Positions 38,633 through 53,396 of a DNA stretch of 64,000 bases are shown piece by piece. Position 1 is the stretch's first letter. Every line of letters begins with the position of its first letter. Source of the stretch: Eledone cirrhosa. Its lineage: Eukaryota. The stretch is from positions 297,042,001-297,106,000 of the forward strand of contig OZ024743.1 of NCBI GenBank assembly GCA_964016885.1, in the 5' to 3' direction. The notes below the pieces were generated by a model that saw only the letters and a program-made list of their open reading frames with translations, was not told the DNA's origin and ran no database searches. Position numbers and translations under genes: made by a program.

Positions 38633-39533
38633 ATAGTGTAAATGAACGCTGAGGCATCAGTGAGCAGGGCCTATGAGAGGAGGGGGGGGGGGGGGCTACA
38701 GCTGGTACTTTGTTCTGGGGCCCAAGAGCCAAGAAGGCCCCACAGTAACCATGCAACTTCCATTTTGAGAAAAATCCTTGCCTGCTTCAAGCCCCAAAGG
38801 GGTCTTGTAACATCTTGCCGAATTTCTCTTGGAGTCCCTATCAATAAGCTGAGAAACCTCATATCCCAGATTCACTTTCCTCATTCAATCCAGGCCAGCT
38901 AGGAAAGCCAAGCATGATCACAATACACTGCCAGATGTCAATCATAATTTTGAAGGCCATCTCCATGGTTCAGCTCATGATATCCCACTGTGGGATGAGC
39001 TCCACCTCCATCAGCAAGCAGCATGTAACTCCCACTTCCTGCTCTCATCTTCTCACTCCTATCACTCCTATCACTATCTTCTTGTCCTGGCTGAGCACCC
39101 TAGTGTTGTAGTGAGTTTGTGCTGGTGTCACTCACAGTTTAGCTGAGAGCTCAATGAGTGTCTTAGTGTTGTAATATGGCAGTGGTGGTGCCATGATAAA
39201 ATGCACCCAACCCACTTTGTAAAGTGGTAGTGTTGGTACCACTACAAAATGTCCCCAGTCCCCTATAACATGGTAGTGTTAGTAACATGATAAAATGCTC
39301 CCAGTACATGATATAAAGTGGTTGGCATTAGGAAGGGCATCCAGCTACAGAAACCATGCCGAAAATGGAATGTATGAGCATGATGTGGTCACCTGGTCTA
39401 GCTTCAGAACATGACAACCCATCTAACCCAAGCAGGAATGGAAAATAGACATTAAATGATGATGGTAATGATGATATATATACTTTGGTATTGAGTAGTC
39501 ATTCTCATGTCCATCAACATCATACAAATATAT

Positions 39534-39534
<1 letters not shown>

Positions 39535-39565
<31 letters not shown>

Positions 39566-39873
39566 TTTACGTCCGCTTTTCCCTGCTTACAAGGGTGGGA
39601 CGGGAACTGATTCTGGCTTGATTTCTACAGCTGGATGCCCTTCCTAACACCAACCTCATTTACAGTGAGTGGTGGGTGCTTTTTTTTCCGTGGCGCCTCC
39701 ACGACCACTTTGCAGTGGAATGATATGGACCCCAGTCCCTATCATCTCATTTCTACAGCTGAGTAAACTGGAGCAATGTGAAATAAAGTGTCTTGCTCAC
39801 CCGGTCTGAGAATTGAACTCACAACCTTTCGATTGCAAGGCCAATGCTCTAACCACTAAGCCATGTGCCTCCA
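39535..39873 (-). mobile_element. CORE-type SINE
   Basis: Family match to 20152-20476. Confidence 0.85.
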
Positions 39874-40076
39874 TGTATATATATATTAAAGGAAGCAGCA
39901 ATGATGACAAGGCTGGACCATATACAAACTTTATTGGCATATGACAATTGTTTTGATATCAATCAATTCACTCCGGGTATGATCAAAATGAACAGGGCCC
40001 AACTTTGCATCAAGATCTCATTGAGTGCTTTAACTGGTGAACCACCTGTAACTATAGCTACACGTATACCTACCAT

Positions 40077-40131
<55 letters not shown>

Positions 40132-40650
40132 AAGTCTGCTAATAGAATATATACACACTTCAGGAAAAGATATATATATATATATATATATAATTAGAAA
40201 GTGAACAACACAATATATAACTACACCATTACCAAAGGTTTCAGGATCCTAGACAACATTGACATATGTCTAGTTTGCTCATCAGATAGAAGGGTTATAG
40301 ATAACAGTGCTTAAAAACTGGTATTGTTTGTTTATGTCCTATAACTTGAAGTTCAACAAAGAGAGATAATAAGTATAAATCTTATAAAATATAAGTACTG
40401 CAGTCTAATGAATGAAATCAATGAATAAAAGAAAACACACACGTACACAAACATACATTGCAACACAATAAAATACATCCAGTACACATGAGATGGTGGT
40501 GGTATTAATGCTATGATAAAATGCCTTTAAAGTAAATTACTGAATGCAATGAATGTTTCAGGCTTATTAGACTTCTTCAGTGAAGCCTATTCAACTTGTT
40601 CACAAGATTTAGTGTAACCAATATATATATACATACATATATATATATAT

Positions 40651-40724
<74 letters not shown>

Positions 40725-40909
40725 TTATTTATATATAAGCAAAGAGATATTTAATTTGTTGGTTATTCAACAAATTTATTTATAACAGATTAGAAGCACT
40801 CTACAAGTTTCCTGGAGTATAATATCAATGGTATTAATATATCCAAACTGAACCTGAACTGATAAGGTCCGGTTTCTTGGGTATGTCACCATTTATAAAA
40901 CAGATTTTG

Positions 40910-40970
40910 TATTTTATCTGATGAGAGCGTACCAAAATTTTGGTACCCTTGAAATATATATAATAAAATA
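40910..40970 (+). ncRNA. Type I HHR, fully canonical core
   Basis: tattttat-CTGATGA-gag c gtacca aaattt tggtac c ctt-GAAA-tatata-TA-ataaaata; 8-bp perfect stem I. Confidence 0.8.
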
Positions 40971-41160
40971 AATATGGTTTTATAAATATAGTTTACATTT
41001 ATTAATATCATTTATATTTATATATATATATCCTACTATCGATATAACACCATATTTGCAGGCTGTCCCCAAATTGAATTTTCTATCCACTATTTTTTTC
41101 TCTATCTCTTATCTTCCATTCTATGTTTGGGTTCAATGTAATCTTGTTACATAATTCTGC

Positions 41161-41240
41161 AAATAACACCTGATGAAATCGCTTAGCATTGCATCATAAT
41201 TGGATGATAGAGCTGGGCCATCGAAATATGTATAATGCTT
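41161..41240 (+). ncRNA. Degenerate HHR-like motif
   Basis: CTGATGA..cttagc/gctggg..GAAA-tatgta-TA; stem I is weak. Similar weak motifs on minus at ~40228-40268 and ~40550-40586. Confidence 0.35.
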
Positions 41241-41939
41241 TTGCAGGATTAAAAATCTAAAGTAAATTTTCCAGTCCGGTCTTCTGTTGGTGTTTTAATA
41301 AATACTTTACTCCATTCATGCACCAACTACTGGTTACCACATCTACGATGGATGATTTGCATAATGTTGAGTGCTTTAATTAATTTGTTGCATCATGATT
41401 CACCAACCTGAACCATCAGTTTTACACATTGGTAAACATCCTAACATAAATGATATATATATACATAGAAAGAGGAAATAGAAAATAGATTAAAACAGAA
41501 GTTTAAAGCAGTAAAAGATGGTAAAAGAGTTGAAGAACATATGAAGAGGGGATGTAAAATAACAGACAACGCAAAGAGATGGGTTGAGATTGGGGGCGGG
41601 GGGTTGATAATGGCTGTCAAAGTTGTCTTATGTTTTTATTGTTCTTAAAAATATTTACCTTTATGTCTTAGACAGTTTCTGACATTGAAAGGAATATATT
41701 TGTGAAATGACAGCAGCTTCAACAAAAATAGTAAACAAAACAAAACAAAACAAAATAGAAAAATATATAAATATTTGTAACAACAAATATAGAAAAAAAT
41801 ATGACTACTCCTCCTTCTTCTTCCCTCCTCCCCTACCTCCACACCTCCTCTGACTGCTACTTAATGAATTTATTGTCGTTATACTATTAATTAGGAAGAG
41901 GCTGGGGATGTTGCAACAGTCTGGCATTAGATGCATTCA

Positions 41940-42385
41940 TTATCATCATCATCGTTTTTACTTCAGTTTTTCCATCCTTTCATGGGTTAGATGGGTCCTT
42001 TTCAGCCCAGCATCTCTCCACTTGCCACATTCCTCAGTCATCTCCTCTCTACACCTCAGCAATTTGAGATCATCTCTCATCACCTCCACCCAGGTCTTTC
42101 TTGGCCTACCTCTACTGTGGCTTCTTTCTACTGGGATTTCCTAGGACTTCTTCACCCAGTGATGTGATCATTGTCTATGTTCATCACATGTCCATACCAA
42201 TGCAGTCTTCTCTCTTGCATACTACTTCAGATTCCTCTTAAACCCAGTTTCTTCCCCAGGTCATCCTAGCTCTGCCTTTCTCTAATGTTTACATTACACA
42301 TCTAATGAAGCATAGTTGATTCATTTCTCGCTAGCCTATGCATGTCCTCTGCAGTCATTGCCCATGTTTCACTACCATACATTAT
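41940..42385 (-). mobile_element. Old RTE 3' fragment (similar at 36545-36820 and 43750-44220)
   Basis: catcacatgtccataccaatgcagtcttct is the revcomp of RRLHWYGHVM. Confidence 0.7.
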
Positions 42386-45300
42386 ACATAGATAACTGTG
42401 AAGGCATGTGGCTTAGTGATTAGGGTGTTTAGATCACTTTTGATTTCCCATGAATTAAATTCTCAGTCGTGCATTGTATCCTTGAGCAAGGCACTTCATT
42501 TTATGTTACTCCAGTCTACTTAGGTGGAAAAAATAAGTTGTACATGTAATTTAAAGGGCCAGGCTTGTCACATACTCTGTCACACTGAATCTGCCTGAGA
42601 ATTGCATTAAGGGTTTAGGTGTCTGTGGAAAGCTTAGCCATTTGCCTGTTAATTTCCCAAGCAGGCTGTTCCATTGATCAAATAAGTGGAATGCTGCTCA
42701 TTGTTGTAACTGACAGAGGTCAAACACACACACACAAACACACACATACACACACATACACAGATAGTTATTATTGTGTAAAGAATATCTTACTCTCTAC
42801 TGTAACCTAATGTTTCCTGAAATGGGTTCTGAGAAATATTAGGTTTACATAATATCAGATGCATTTAATGAAATTTAATATGTTGTTGTTTTTGTGCATG
42901 AATACATTTTCTCTCTAAAACAATTTTTATTTAATTAATGTCATACACTGGTATCTATCTGTCTATGGTAGGGCAAATAATGTTGTTAGAATTCCATGTA
43001 ATACAGAAGTAATAATTCTGACATCAGGTAATGGACTTACATAACTATTATCGATTAGTCACTTTATTGATTTACCATGATCAATAAACCTACTGAAACA
43101 ATCATAAAACAATGAACTTATTAAGCACTAAACTCTGCTTTTTGTTTTTATTGTTCAACATATATTTAATGCCATATTAAAATTAGAGTAGTGGGGATTA
43201 TCTGTAAGTGTTGTGATGAAAATAATAGCCAAAATGAAATACCAGGAGATATAGTTTGGGAAGAAAGGGCTGGAAAAAAAGTTCAGTGGGTACAGGATTT
43301 TATGTAAAGTATGGATTTCAACATATACTGTTGAAAGACATGTTTTCAAATTCAGAAAAGCTGTCAAACCCACAACGTCCTGTATTACCAAATGTAAAGG
43401 AGAAAACTCTATTGCCTACAACTATTATTCTCTTCCTGAGTTTTCTTAACATCCATATAACCTGACATTATGCTTCCCCCTAAATAGTGACATTCAAAGG
43501 CATTTTATATCTTAAATACGCACAGTTTTGTGAACACTGCAGAGAGTTTGGCAAACAATTAACAGAATAAAATGTAGGCTTGCTGTACTTAGCAGGAAAA
43601 TCCATTGAGTAATTAATGGTGGGATTAGTAGGAAAGACTGCTGATGTAGTGAGCATTGTGTAGTGTCACTTCAGAAGAGAACATTGATAATCACCTGTAA
43701 TATCCAGATATAGGTAACAACTAATCAAAAGAATTTTTCTTCACTGTCATCATCATCATCATCATCATTATCATCATCATCATTTTTGCATCTGCTTCTT
43801 ACTATGCTTGCATGAGTTAGATGGGTCATTACGGTCCAAGTAATTACTTAATCTGTGTTACTCTTCAGCATAACATCTCGTCACTAGTAGCAATTTTTTG
43901 TCATCTTCTTTGTGAGATTTAGCATTCTGAAATTCACTTTCACTTCTGTCCAAGACTTCCTCAGCCTATTTTTACTACATCTCTCTTTACTTGGAACTCC
44001 TGGCACTTCTTAACTCAACTACCATTATCAATCTGCATGTTGTGTCCATACCAACACAATCTGCTTCCCTGCATACTAGCACACTCCATCTAATTCCATC
44101 AAGTGATCTGTACTTTATTGTTTATGCACATTAACATTATACATCCAACAGAGCATGCTCGATTTCATCCTATTTTAACCTTCACACATCAACTGCATTC
44201 AATGCCCTTGTATCACTGATATGCCACTGAAAAGTAATGTAGCTCTGATAAACTACAAACCTCAAAATTTGCTTTGTGGAAAAAATTAATCAATCATATC
44301 AAATTAGTATAGAATGATAATTGACCAATTTATCCATTTTTCTGCCATATTTCTAATGAAAGACTGTACCTAGAATTTTCAAATCAAACTGTCATTATAT
44401 AAACATTATTAATATGGTGTTTGGATTATAAATTAACAAAGTTTCTTGCATAAAATAATGGTGGAAGGATTTTAGATAAATAAAAAGACTTTAGAATATA
44501 CAGCATAGAAACAGAACAATGTCAGGTGGTTTTGTATCATAGAAAGAGGGGCAGTTTAAGGTTGTTTGGTTCAAAAGGATTAATCTAAACAGTTCAAAAC
44601 TCACTTTGAATTGAAATGACAAAGTGCATGGTACTTTCACATGCTTGGCTAAGAGATAACTCAATGTTAACAATTACATAATTTTTGCAAAATATAGCAA
44701 CTCATTGTTCAGATAATTCTGTAGACAATATGTATTCTACAATTTCAGAAACTAAATAGGTTGATTAATATATTATATTCAATAAATAGCTTTTTCAAAG
44801 AAATTTATTTCTTTTGAATAAATCATTATGGCTTCAAGAGAGTTAGTTATTAATGTTATTAGTATTATTTGGAATAAGTAATATTTAATTACTTCACTAA
44901 ACTTTCACAAAACTGTGTTTGTGGATTATGTATATGTACAACCTATGCTAGCCAGTATGGAAAGCAAATGTAAAATGAGGATGATGTATATAATATTGCA
45001 ACAAAGGCACGTGGCTTAGTGGCTAGAATGTCGGATTCACAATCGTGAGATTACATGTACGATTCCCGGACTGGGTAATCCATTGTGTCCTAACAGGAAT
45101 GCTAAAAATAGCTCCTTGTTAGGTTCATAATTCAGCTCAACTAAAATTCTAAATGCTAAGAGCAGAAATACAAAATAATGATTTTGATCAATACACATAA
45201 ACACTGATCATATTATCTGGCAAATGCAGGAGCCAACAGGAATGCTAAATATTGCTCCTCGATATGTCTATAAAACAGCTCTACTATATTAAAATATTAG

Positions 45301-45680
45301 GAGCAGAAATATAAAAATATATCAGTTAATATTGCCTAGACAAAATGTACAAGACCATGCATAGATATATAGTTATAAGGCACAAACAAGAAAAGCAGGA
45401 AAGTAAGCAATGAATTTACATGAAAATGGTAAATACCAATTACTAAGTCCTATACAACTGTTTTGAGTTGACAAGAAATTATGTTAACCTACCTGTATCG
45501 TTCTGCTTAAATGGAATTTATATGTGCATTCACAGTTTGTGTTTTGTATGTAGTAAGATGTTACCTACTGATGATGGACCAAAACATCTTAATGATGCCT
45601 GTTATCTAATAGTGGTAATTGGCATTATTTCTTGCCTTCCTGTTGGCCCGTGTGTTTGCCAGAGAATATGATCGATATTT

Positions 45681-45809
<129 letters not shown>

Positions 45810-45894
45810 GAATATTGATATTCAAAACAACAAACAGCGAAGGACGCGTTCCGGACTTGTCCGACAGACAACCTTTTCCCCCACCCCGGAAAAA

Positions 45895-45933
45895 ACCCCC
45901 AGTTGATGGATGTGAATCCGAAATATATAGGGA
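45895..45933 (+). ncRNA. HHR-like motif, family 5 relative
   Basis: cccc-CAGTTGA-t-ggat GTGA atcc-GAAA-tata-TA-ggg. Confidence 0.5.
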
Positions 45934-46425
45934 CTATTAAATCTCTCCCAAGGTAACTCTCTCTTGTGTTGTTATTTTTATTTTATCCTTTATATTCTTC
46001 CCTTCATTCTACACATCTCACACATCTTATACACACCACGCATCTCAACGTACACCCACTTACATCTCTCTCTCCACCACCGGACCTTGTTACCCGGAGA
46101 TTTACCCATTTGCATTGTCGAGGCTTCCAAACGACTTAAAGATATTTATATATATATATATATATATATATTCGATCACAGGGCTAAACGTGACAAGTGG
46201 AGAGATGCCATGCTGAGAAGGATCCGCCCAACACACGCAACCGAGGAAAAGTGGATATAAAAGCGATGATGATGACGATGACGATATATATATATAAATA
46301 TATATATACGCTCACACATATATATATACACGCAATATATATATATATATAGTATTATCCGTAGTGTTGTAATATGAAACACGTGTCAATAAATTCCTTT
46401 TACTGAACTGTATCCATTTAAATCC

Positions 46426-46461
<36 letters not shown>

Positions 46462-46689
46462 CGTTTGCGTTGCTTTCATCCTTCTATGTTGTTTACTTGT
46501 CTCACTCGCTTTACGCGATTTACTTGTCCCAATAGCTTTTTTTAGTTATTGCTCGCACCAACCTGAGATATATGATTTTTAATGCGACGAAATATCAATG
46601 ATGGTTGGCAAATCACTGACGAAGGACTAATTTTATCATATGTAACCTATGTGCAACCACGCAGTATTCTTATTTCTTCTCATGTTTTA

Positions 46690-46739
<50 letters not shown>

Positions 46740-46918
46740 AGTGGAAGCTTAGTAAAATCGAAGCTTTGGTTGTGGCCAAGCAAAGTCGACCTACAATAAG
46801 GAATGAGTAGCAAAGCACTCAATAAGGGTAATAGTATTACGTTTAAAAAGCTTGACAAATTGAAAATTGCGGTACAACCATACAATACCAAAAACAACGA
46901 AAGAACTAATCAGGTTAA

Positions 46919-46982
<64 letters not shown>

Positions 46983-47808
46983 TCTTATACAAAATCACTG
47001 AAGGGTAGATCCCAGTAAAGTACTCTAAAAAGGAATACTTCACAAGCATCTTTCCCTGTGGATATATTCACATTCAAGCAAACTAAAAATACGAAACCTA
47101 TATATATATATATATATATATATCATATATATATCATTATTTTGATCAGTTAATTGTAGAAATATTGGTTCTGGTAGGCAAATCATGATGTAACGAATTA
47201 CCAAAGCACTGGACGTTATGGACGTCACTCATCGTAGATATGGTATTCAGTGGTTGGCGCAGGAAATAGAGTAAAGTTTTTAAAACGACAACAGAAGGTC
47301 ATTCATTTATGATGCAAGACAGGACGGTCTCATCAGGTAACTTCGACATAATTACACTATTAATAGTGACTATTAATAGTGACACAGTTATGACCAGCAC
47401 CAGGACAGAAAGACAGAAAACGATAAACAAAAATGGGAACTTTTATCTCTATATCTATGTTACTTTTTTCCATATTCTTATTAATATAATATTTAATTTC
47501 ATTATACACTTCTGTCGCAAAAACCATTAACAAAAAATGTGAACTTTTCTCTCTATATATATGTATGTAAACTATGTTACTTTTTTCCATATCCTTATCA
47601 ATATAATATACAACTTAATTTCATTATATACTTCCGTCGCTTGGAGAAGCTCAGAAGCTGAAACCGGTACAAAAAATACGAAAATTCCTTTTTTGTAAAT
47701 AAATGTCTTGCTATTATTCTATGAGAAAATCCCTTTACCATTTTCTACTGTTTTTTTCTTTTTTACTATTATATATATATATATCAACTCTCGTGTATCA
47801 CTTCTCTA

Positions 47809-47897
<89 letters not shown>

Positions 47898-47898
<1 letters not shown>

Positions 47899-48519
47899 GG
47901 CAGAGCTCTACATTTTTCAATTATTCTCATCTAGCAACTCATTCTGTGGCTTTGGCCGAAATATAGCAGCTGTGTTAGACTCCTTATTTCACTTCTCACT
48001 TTCCAATCTTACTTTCTGGTACATCTTTCTCTCATTTTTTATTATATTCTTTTTTATTATATTTTTTCTTTGTCCCCTAATCGCATTTGATTTACTATTT
48101 CTACAACGTCCCTCCTCCACTTTCTAAAGATACCATTTTTCGCCAACCTCCATCTGGCCTACTTTCATACACCTTCTACGCTTGACCGGCTCTACCCACT
48201 CACCTATCGTTCTACAGGCAAATTCAGCCATCCCCACCCGCACCCACTGCCATTATAGACTTTTCTGTGTCCGCTACAAATTTTGACCAATCCCCTTGAC
48301 AACTACAATCTTTCCATATAAGGAAGTACCCTTGAAAAGTTCGGCTATTTATTTACCAGACTAAATTAACTCTTACTTTAGTCCAGAAATAGCCGTCGAA
48401 ACGGCTTGAGCTGTGCCGCCAGGGTCATGGTTTCTCCTATTACCCACTCTACTACCCTAAGTATTGAGTACTCTGGTGCGTTATGGTCCATCTGGTTCCT
48501 TACCACAACTCCTCCGTTA
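47898..48519 (+). mobile_element. Diverged family-1 PLE terminal repeat with HHR at 48328-48425
   Basis: accc-TTGAAAA-[cggctattt/aaatagccg]-GAAA-cggc..gccg-CC-agggt plus tail; homologous to ~4570-5081. Confidence 0.75.
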
Positions 48520-48541
48520 TATATATATATATATATATAAT

Positions 48542-48585
48542 TTTATTTTTGAAAATCATAAGAACTGTGAAACCGGTAAAGTAAA
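48542..48585 (+). ncRNA. Minimal HHR-like motif, U3-A8 core
   Basis: tttattt-TTGAAAA-tca taagaac tgt-GAAA-ccgg-TA-aagtaaa; weaker relative at ~47635-47675. Confidence 0.5.
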
Positions 48586-48658
48586 TAAATATTTTTAAAA
48601 GACTCCAGTTGCATTTTCAATTTCTTTTCCTTACACACACACACACACACACACTCAT

Positions 48659-48710
<52 letters not shown>

Positions 48711-48715
<5 letters not shown>

Positions 48716-51092
48716 CGTGAGGTGTTCAGGATTGCCAGGCAATGTGTCAAGGAAAACCGTGATATTGTCGGGGAGAAGTGTGTACTTAACGATGATGGCA
48801 TACTTGCCATCACCGACGCTGATAAGAAGGTAGCTTGGAAGTGTCACTACGAAAGGCTTCTAAATGAGGAGAACAAATGGGAGAAAGACAGTCTCCCCCA
48901 GATCGACCCAATAGAGGGACCAGCAGTGTTAGTTGAAGGTAGTATAATAAGTAAGGCAATCAAAGATATGAAGACGGGTAAGGCGGCTGGGCCTTCGGAA
49001 ATAGTTGCTGAGATGCTGAAGGCATCTGGTTCGGTGGGACACACCATGGTCACCCGGATAGTTAACCAAGTCGTACAGAATGGGGTAGTTCCGAAGGAAT
49101 GGCGTAGCAGCATCATCGTTAACTGCTATAAGGGAAAAGGAGATGCCCTAGATAGGAGTAACTATAGCGGCATTAAATTAATCGACCAGGTCATGAAGGT
49201 CACGGAAAAAGTAATAGCGCAACTAATCAGAGAGAGAATTGATCTAGATGAAATGCAGTTCGGGTTTGTGTCAGGCAAAAGTACCACAGACGCTCTTTTC
49301 ATTGTACGACAACTACAGGAGAAGTACCTAGCTAAAAGTAAACCCCTATACTTAGCTTTTGTCGACTTGGAGAAAGCCTTCGACAGAGTCCCCCGTTCCA
49401 TTATCTGGTGGTCTCTTAGAAAACTAGGTGTTGACGAATGGCTTGTGAGAGCTATACAAGCCATGTATAAAGAAACAGTCAGTAAGGTTAGAATTAACAA
49501 CGAATATAGTGAAGAGTTTAGCGTAAAAGTTGGTGTCCATCAGGGCTCTGTACTTAGCCCCCTACTATTTATTATTGCCCTTCAGGCTATAACAGAGGAG
49601 TTCAAGACCGGCTGCCCATGGGAACTCCTATACGCAGATGATCTAACGCTCATAGCTGAATCAATGACCGAACTAGAGAAGAAATTCCAAACGTGGAAGC
49701 ACGGCCTAGAATCAAAAGGCCTTAAAATTAACCTGGCTAAGACTAAAGTTCTAGTTTGTAGGAAAGAAAATAAGGCGGCGGTCCCATCGGGGAAATGGCC
49801 ATGCTCAGTGTGTAGGAAAGGCGTAGGTAGAAACTCCATTTTATGTCCCAAATGCAAAGTATGGGTGCATAAAAGATGTAGTGGGATCACAGGTAAGCTA
49901 ACTAAGAACATAGATTTTACATGTGGCCGGTGCTCTGGTGCAATAAGTAGCAGCAAGTGCCCACAAAATACTAGCTCCTTCAACTGCGCAGAGGGTTCTA
50001 TAGAAATAGTGGACAGCTTCCGTTATCTGGGTGACAAAATCAGCAGTGGGGGAGGGTGCTCTGAAAGTACAGTAGCTAGAGTCAGAACTGGATGGAAAAA
50101 GTTCAGAGAGCTTATACCACTATTAGCCGCTAGAGGGTTCTCCCTAAAAATGAAAGGCAGGTTATACGATGCCTGCATACGAACAGCAATGCTGCATGGC
50201 AGTGAGACCTGGGCATTGTGTGCAGAGGATATACGCAGACTAGAGAGGAACGAAGCTTGCATGCTCCGCTGGATGTGCAATAGTAATATACGTGAACGGC
50301 AAAGCATAAACGAACTAAGGAAAAAATTAGAAATAAGAGGGATCAGATGTTGTTTACTCGAGAGAAGGCTACGTTGATACGGTCACGTGATGCGCATGAA
50401 AGACGACAGCTGTATAACAAAGTGCAGGGCAATAAAGATAGACGGTAGCCACGGAGTAGGCAGACCCAGAAAAACATGGGACGAGCTGATAAATTCCGAC
50501 CTCACACGCCTACACCTCTCCAAGACAATGTCACTGGACCGAGACCTTTGGCGGTACTCAGTAATAGAGAAGACCCGCCTTACCTAAATACAAAGTAAAA
50601 ACCTACTACAGTCAGTAGGCATCTCTATCAAAACACACCCCCGTCCCACCACCTCCACCCCACCCACACCGCCCCTTTCAATGTAAAGTTATGTTGGTCC
50701 CACAACATCCAGGCCGAAACAAATGAGATCGTGTAGGTGTCACGACAAAAAACACACAGTCCACGCTGTAAATGTGGCCGTGTAGGCAACACGGTAAAAA
50801 CCTCCCAGCCCCACACTGTAAATGTGGTTGGTGTTAGGAAGGGCATCCAGCTGTAGAAAACCCGCCAGACAGTCCACGCTGTAATGTGGCCGTGTAGGCA
50901 ACACGGTAAAAACCTCCCAGCCCCACACTGTAAATGTGGTTGGTGTTAGGAAGGGCATCCAACTGTAGAAAACCCGCCAGACAGTCCTATGCGAGCAAGA
51001 CAACCACTCTTGCCTTAAGTGGGAAAACCCCCATCCAAACCCATGCAAGCGTGGAACACGGACGCTAAACCTGATGATGATGATGATGATGA

Positions 51093-51096
<4 letters not shown>
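48711..51096 (+). mobile_element. RTE LINE, 5'-truncated, one premature stop (50375), ~112-bp tandem duplication in 3' UTR
   Basis: ORFs 48722-50377 and 50387-50587 are collinear with the 7431 copy; TGG>TGA at RRLR*YGH. Confidence 0.95.
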
Positions 51097-51137
<41 letters not shown>

Positions 51138-51719
51138 TAAATAGGGAGATAGATAAACATGTTTCAGAACATTTTCCCTCACCCACTATATTTTGTCTTA
51201 TATTTGTGCTTCAAAAATAGCCTCAGAACGTTTTTGGCAATCATAGCATTTGCATGATAGACAGACGAAAAAAAGGTGTGCAGTCATTATACTATACATT
51301 TACTCGATTTACTCAATACAAATTCTTATTGTTTCGTATGATTGTACAAAAAATAAACAAAAAATACATCCAATTCCATTTCTTTGAAATTTCTTCAGTA
51401 GAAATGGTTAAAAACTAGTTTATCCAATTCAACTACGAAAGAATGATTTTCCCCACACAAACTGCTAATAAATTGATGCCGATAAAAAACGAAAATAAGA
51501 TAAAGATATAAGCTGTTAATTCTAAACAAATGCATTCTCATTTCAATGCTTTGTACATTAGAATTTTCTATAGCTACAAGACTAAACTGATGCAGGCTGA
51601 AATGGAATAAAAATAAGTAGTATGGCAAATTTAGCTAGGAGGTATGTATTAGAAACCCCCCTATTCCTCCTCCACCTCCCCTCCTCCTCCTCCGCATCAT
51701 CTTCATCGTCACCACCACC

Positions 51720-53120
51720 AGTAGTTATGAGAGCTGACTGCAAATTACTGAGACTCACAGAGGAGGTGATGAAGGAACATGTCGGGCGGAGAGATACTGT
51801 GATGAGAAGGGCCCGTCCAATCCATGCAAGTGTAGAAAAAAGGACGTAAAAACGATGATGAGGATATATATATACATATATAGAGAGAGAGAGAAAAGAA
51901 CTGCTCCCACTACTGACAACATGGGCTGTGACTGCAGAGAAGATGCGTAGACTGGAGAAAAAGGAAGCAACGATGTTTCGTTGGATGTGCAATGTAAATA
52001 TGAGAGAAAGTTAGAGCTTGGATGAACTGAGAGAGAAGCTGGGCTTAAGGGGAATCCAAGTTGGTGTGCAGGAAAGAAGACTGCATGGGTATGGACAATG
52101 ACTGATGGATGAAGAAATGTCAGGAAATCCCAGTGGAAGCAAGCCACAATAGAGGACGTCCAAGAAAGACCTGGGCAGAGGTTGTGAGAGCTGACCTCAA
52201 ATCACTAAGACTGGCAGAGGAGATGATGAAAGAACATGACAAGTCAAGTAGAGAGATGCAGTGCTGAGAAGGACACGTCCAACCCAAGCAAGCATGAAAA
52301 AGCGGATGTAAAAACGATGATGATGATGTTTCACTACAATGCAGCATTGCGTGCCACACATAGGCATCATACAGCCTTCCCTTTGTCGGTAGGGAGAAAC
52401 CTTTTGTTGTCAGCAGTAGGAGCAGTTCTCCAAACTTCTTTCATTCTATCCTTATTCTAGCTATTATACTCTTGGCGCACTGTCTTCTGCGACTAATTAG
52501 GTCGCCTAGATAGCAGAAGCTATCAATCACGTCCATGAATTCTTCCTGTGACTGGAAAAGGTTTATATCATTAGCAGCCTTCCCCTCAATTTCTCCTGTG
52601 CATCTTCTTCGAGCAAAGTTCTCCCTTCCTGCTCGTCTACTTGTTATTCCACTACATCTTTTGTGTATCCAAGATTTACATTGTGTTCATTGTATGGAGT
52701 TTATGCCTACTGCTTTTCTGCATATCAAGCATGGCCATTTCCCTGAGAAAATCTGGGTCCTGCTTTCTTTCCTACTCATTAGCACTTCAGTTTTGGCTAA
52801 GCTTACTCTCAGGCCTTTTGATTCCAAATTGAGTTTCCATAATCGCAATTTATTTTCTAGCTCTTTTTTGGTTTCAGCTATAAGGACCAAATCATCTGCA
52901 TAGAGAAATTTCCATGGGCAGCCCATTTTAAACTCCTCGTTTATGGCCTGAAGAACTATGATGAACAGCAATGCGCTAAGAACTGAACCTTGATAAACTA
53001 CTTGTACCTTGAATTCCTTGCTAAACTCATTTCCTACTCTCACTTTACTGACAACTCCTCTGTTGCCCTGCTCTCACACGCCATTCTTCTACACCTAATT
53101 TCCTTAAGGACAACCAGATA
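51720..53120. mobile_element. Degenerate RTE fragments (plus 51720-52330, minus 52332-53120)
   Basis: QGSVLSALLFIIVLQA...LYADDLVLIAE...GKWPCLICRKAVG on minus. Confidence 0.8.
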
Positions 53121-53154
<34 letters not shown>

Positions 53155-53155
<1 letters not shown>

Positions 53156-53388
53156 AAGTAAGTTTGTTTTGAAACAGCGAGTTAGTTTGAAAATAGAAAT
53201 AGAAGCTTTCATCACATTTTTTGACTAAAGAAATTTCAGCCTGATAGTGGGGTTTAGAACCCTCTACGAAAAGGAAAAAGATGAGTTACGTCAATACTCA
53301 TCTTTTTCCATTTTTGTTAGAGGATTCTAAACCTCACTATCAGACTGAAATTTCTTTAGTAAAAAAATACAGTGAAAGCTTCTATTTA
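53155..53388. repeat. Fold-back module, ~190-bp imperfect palindrome
   Basis: 53197-53288 mirrors 53297-53387; right end in (TA)n. Confidence 0.7.
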
Positions 53389-53396
53389 TATATATA

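Noticed and set aside
45090-45320. Two ~85-bp direct repeats as CRISPR-like array
   Set aside because: Only two diverged units in eukaryotic DNA; simple tandem duplication.
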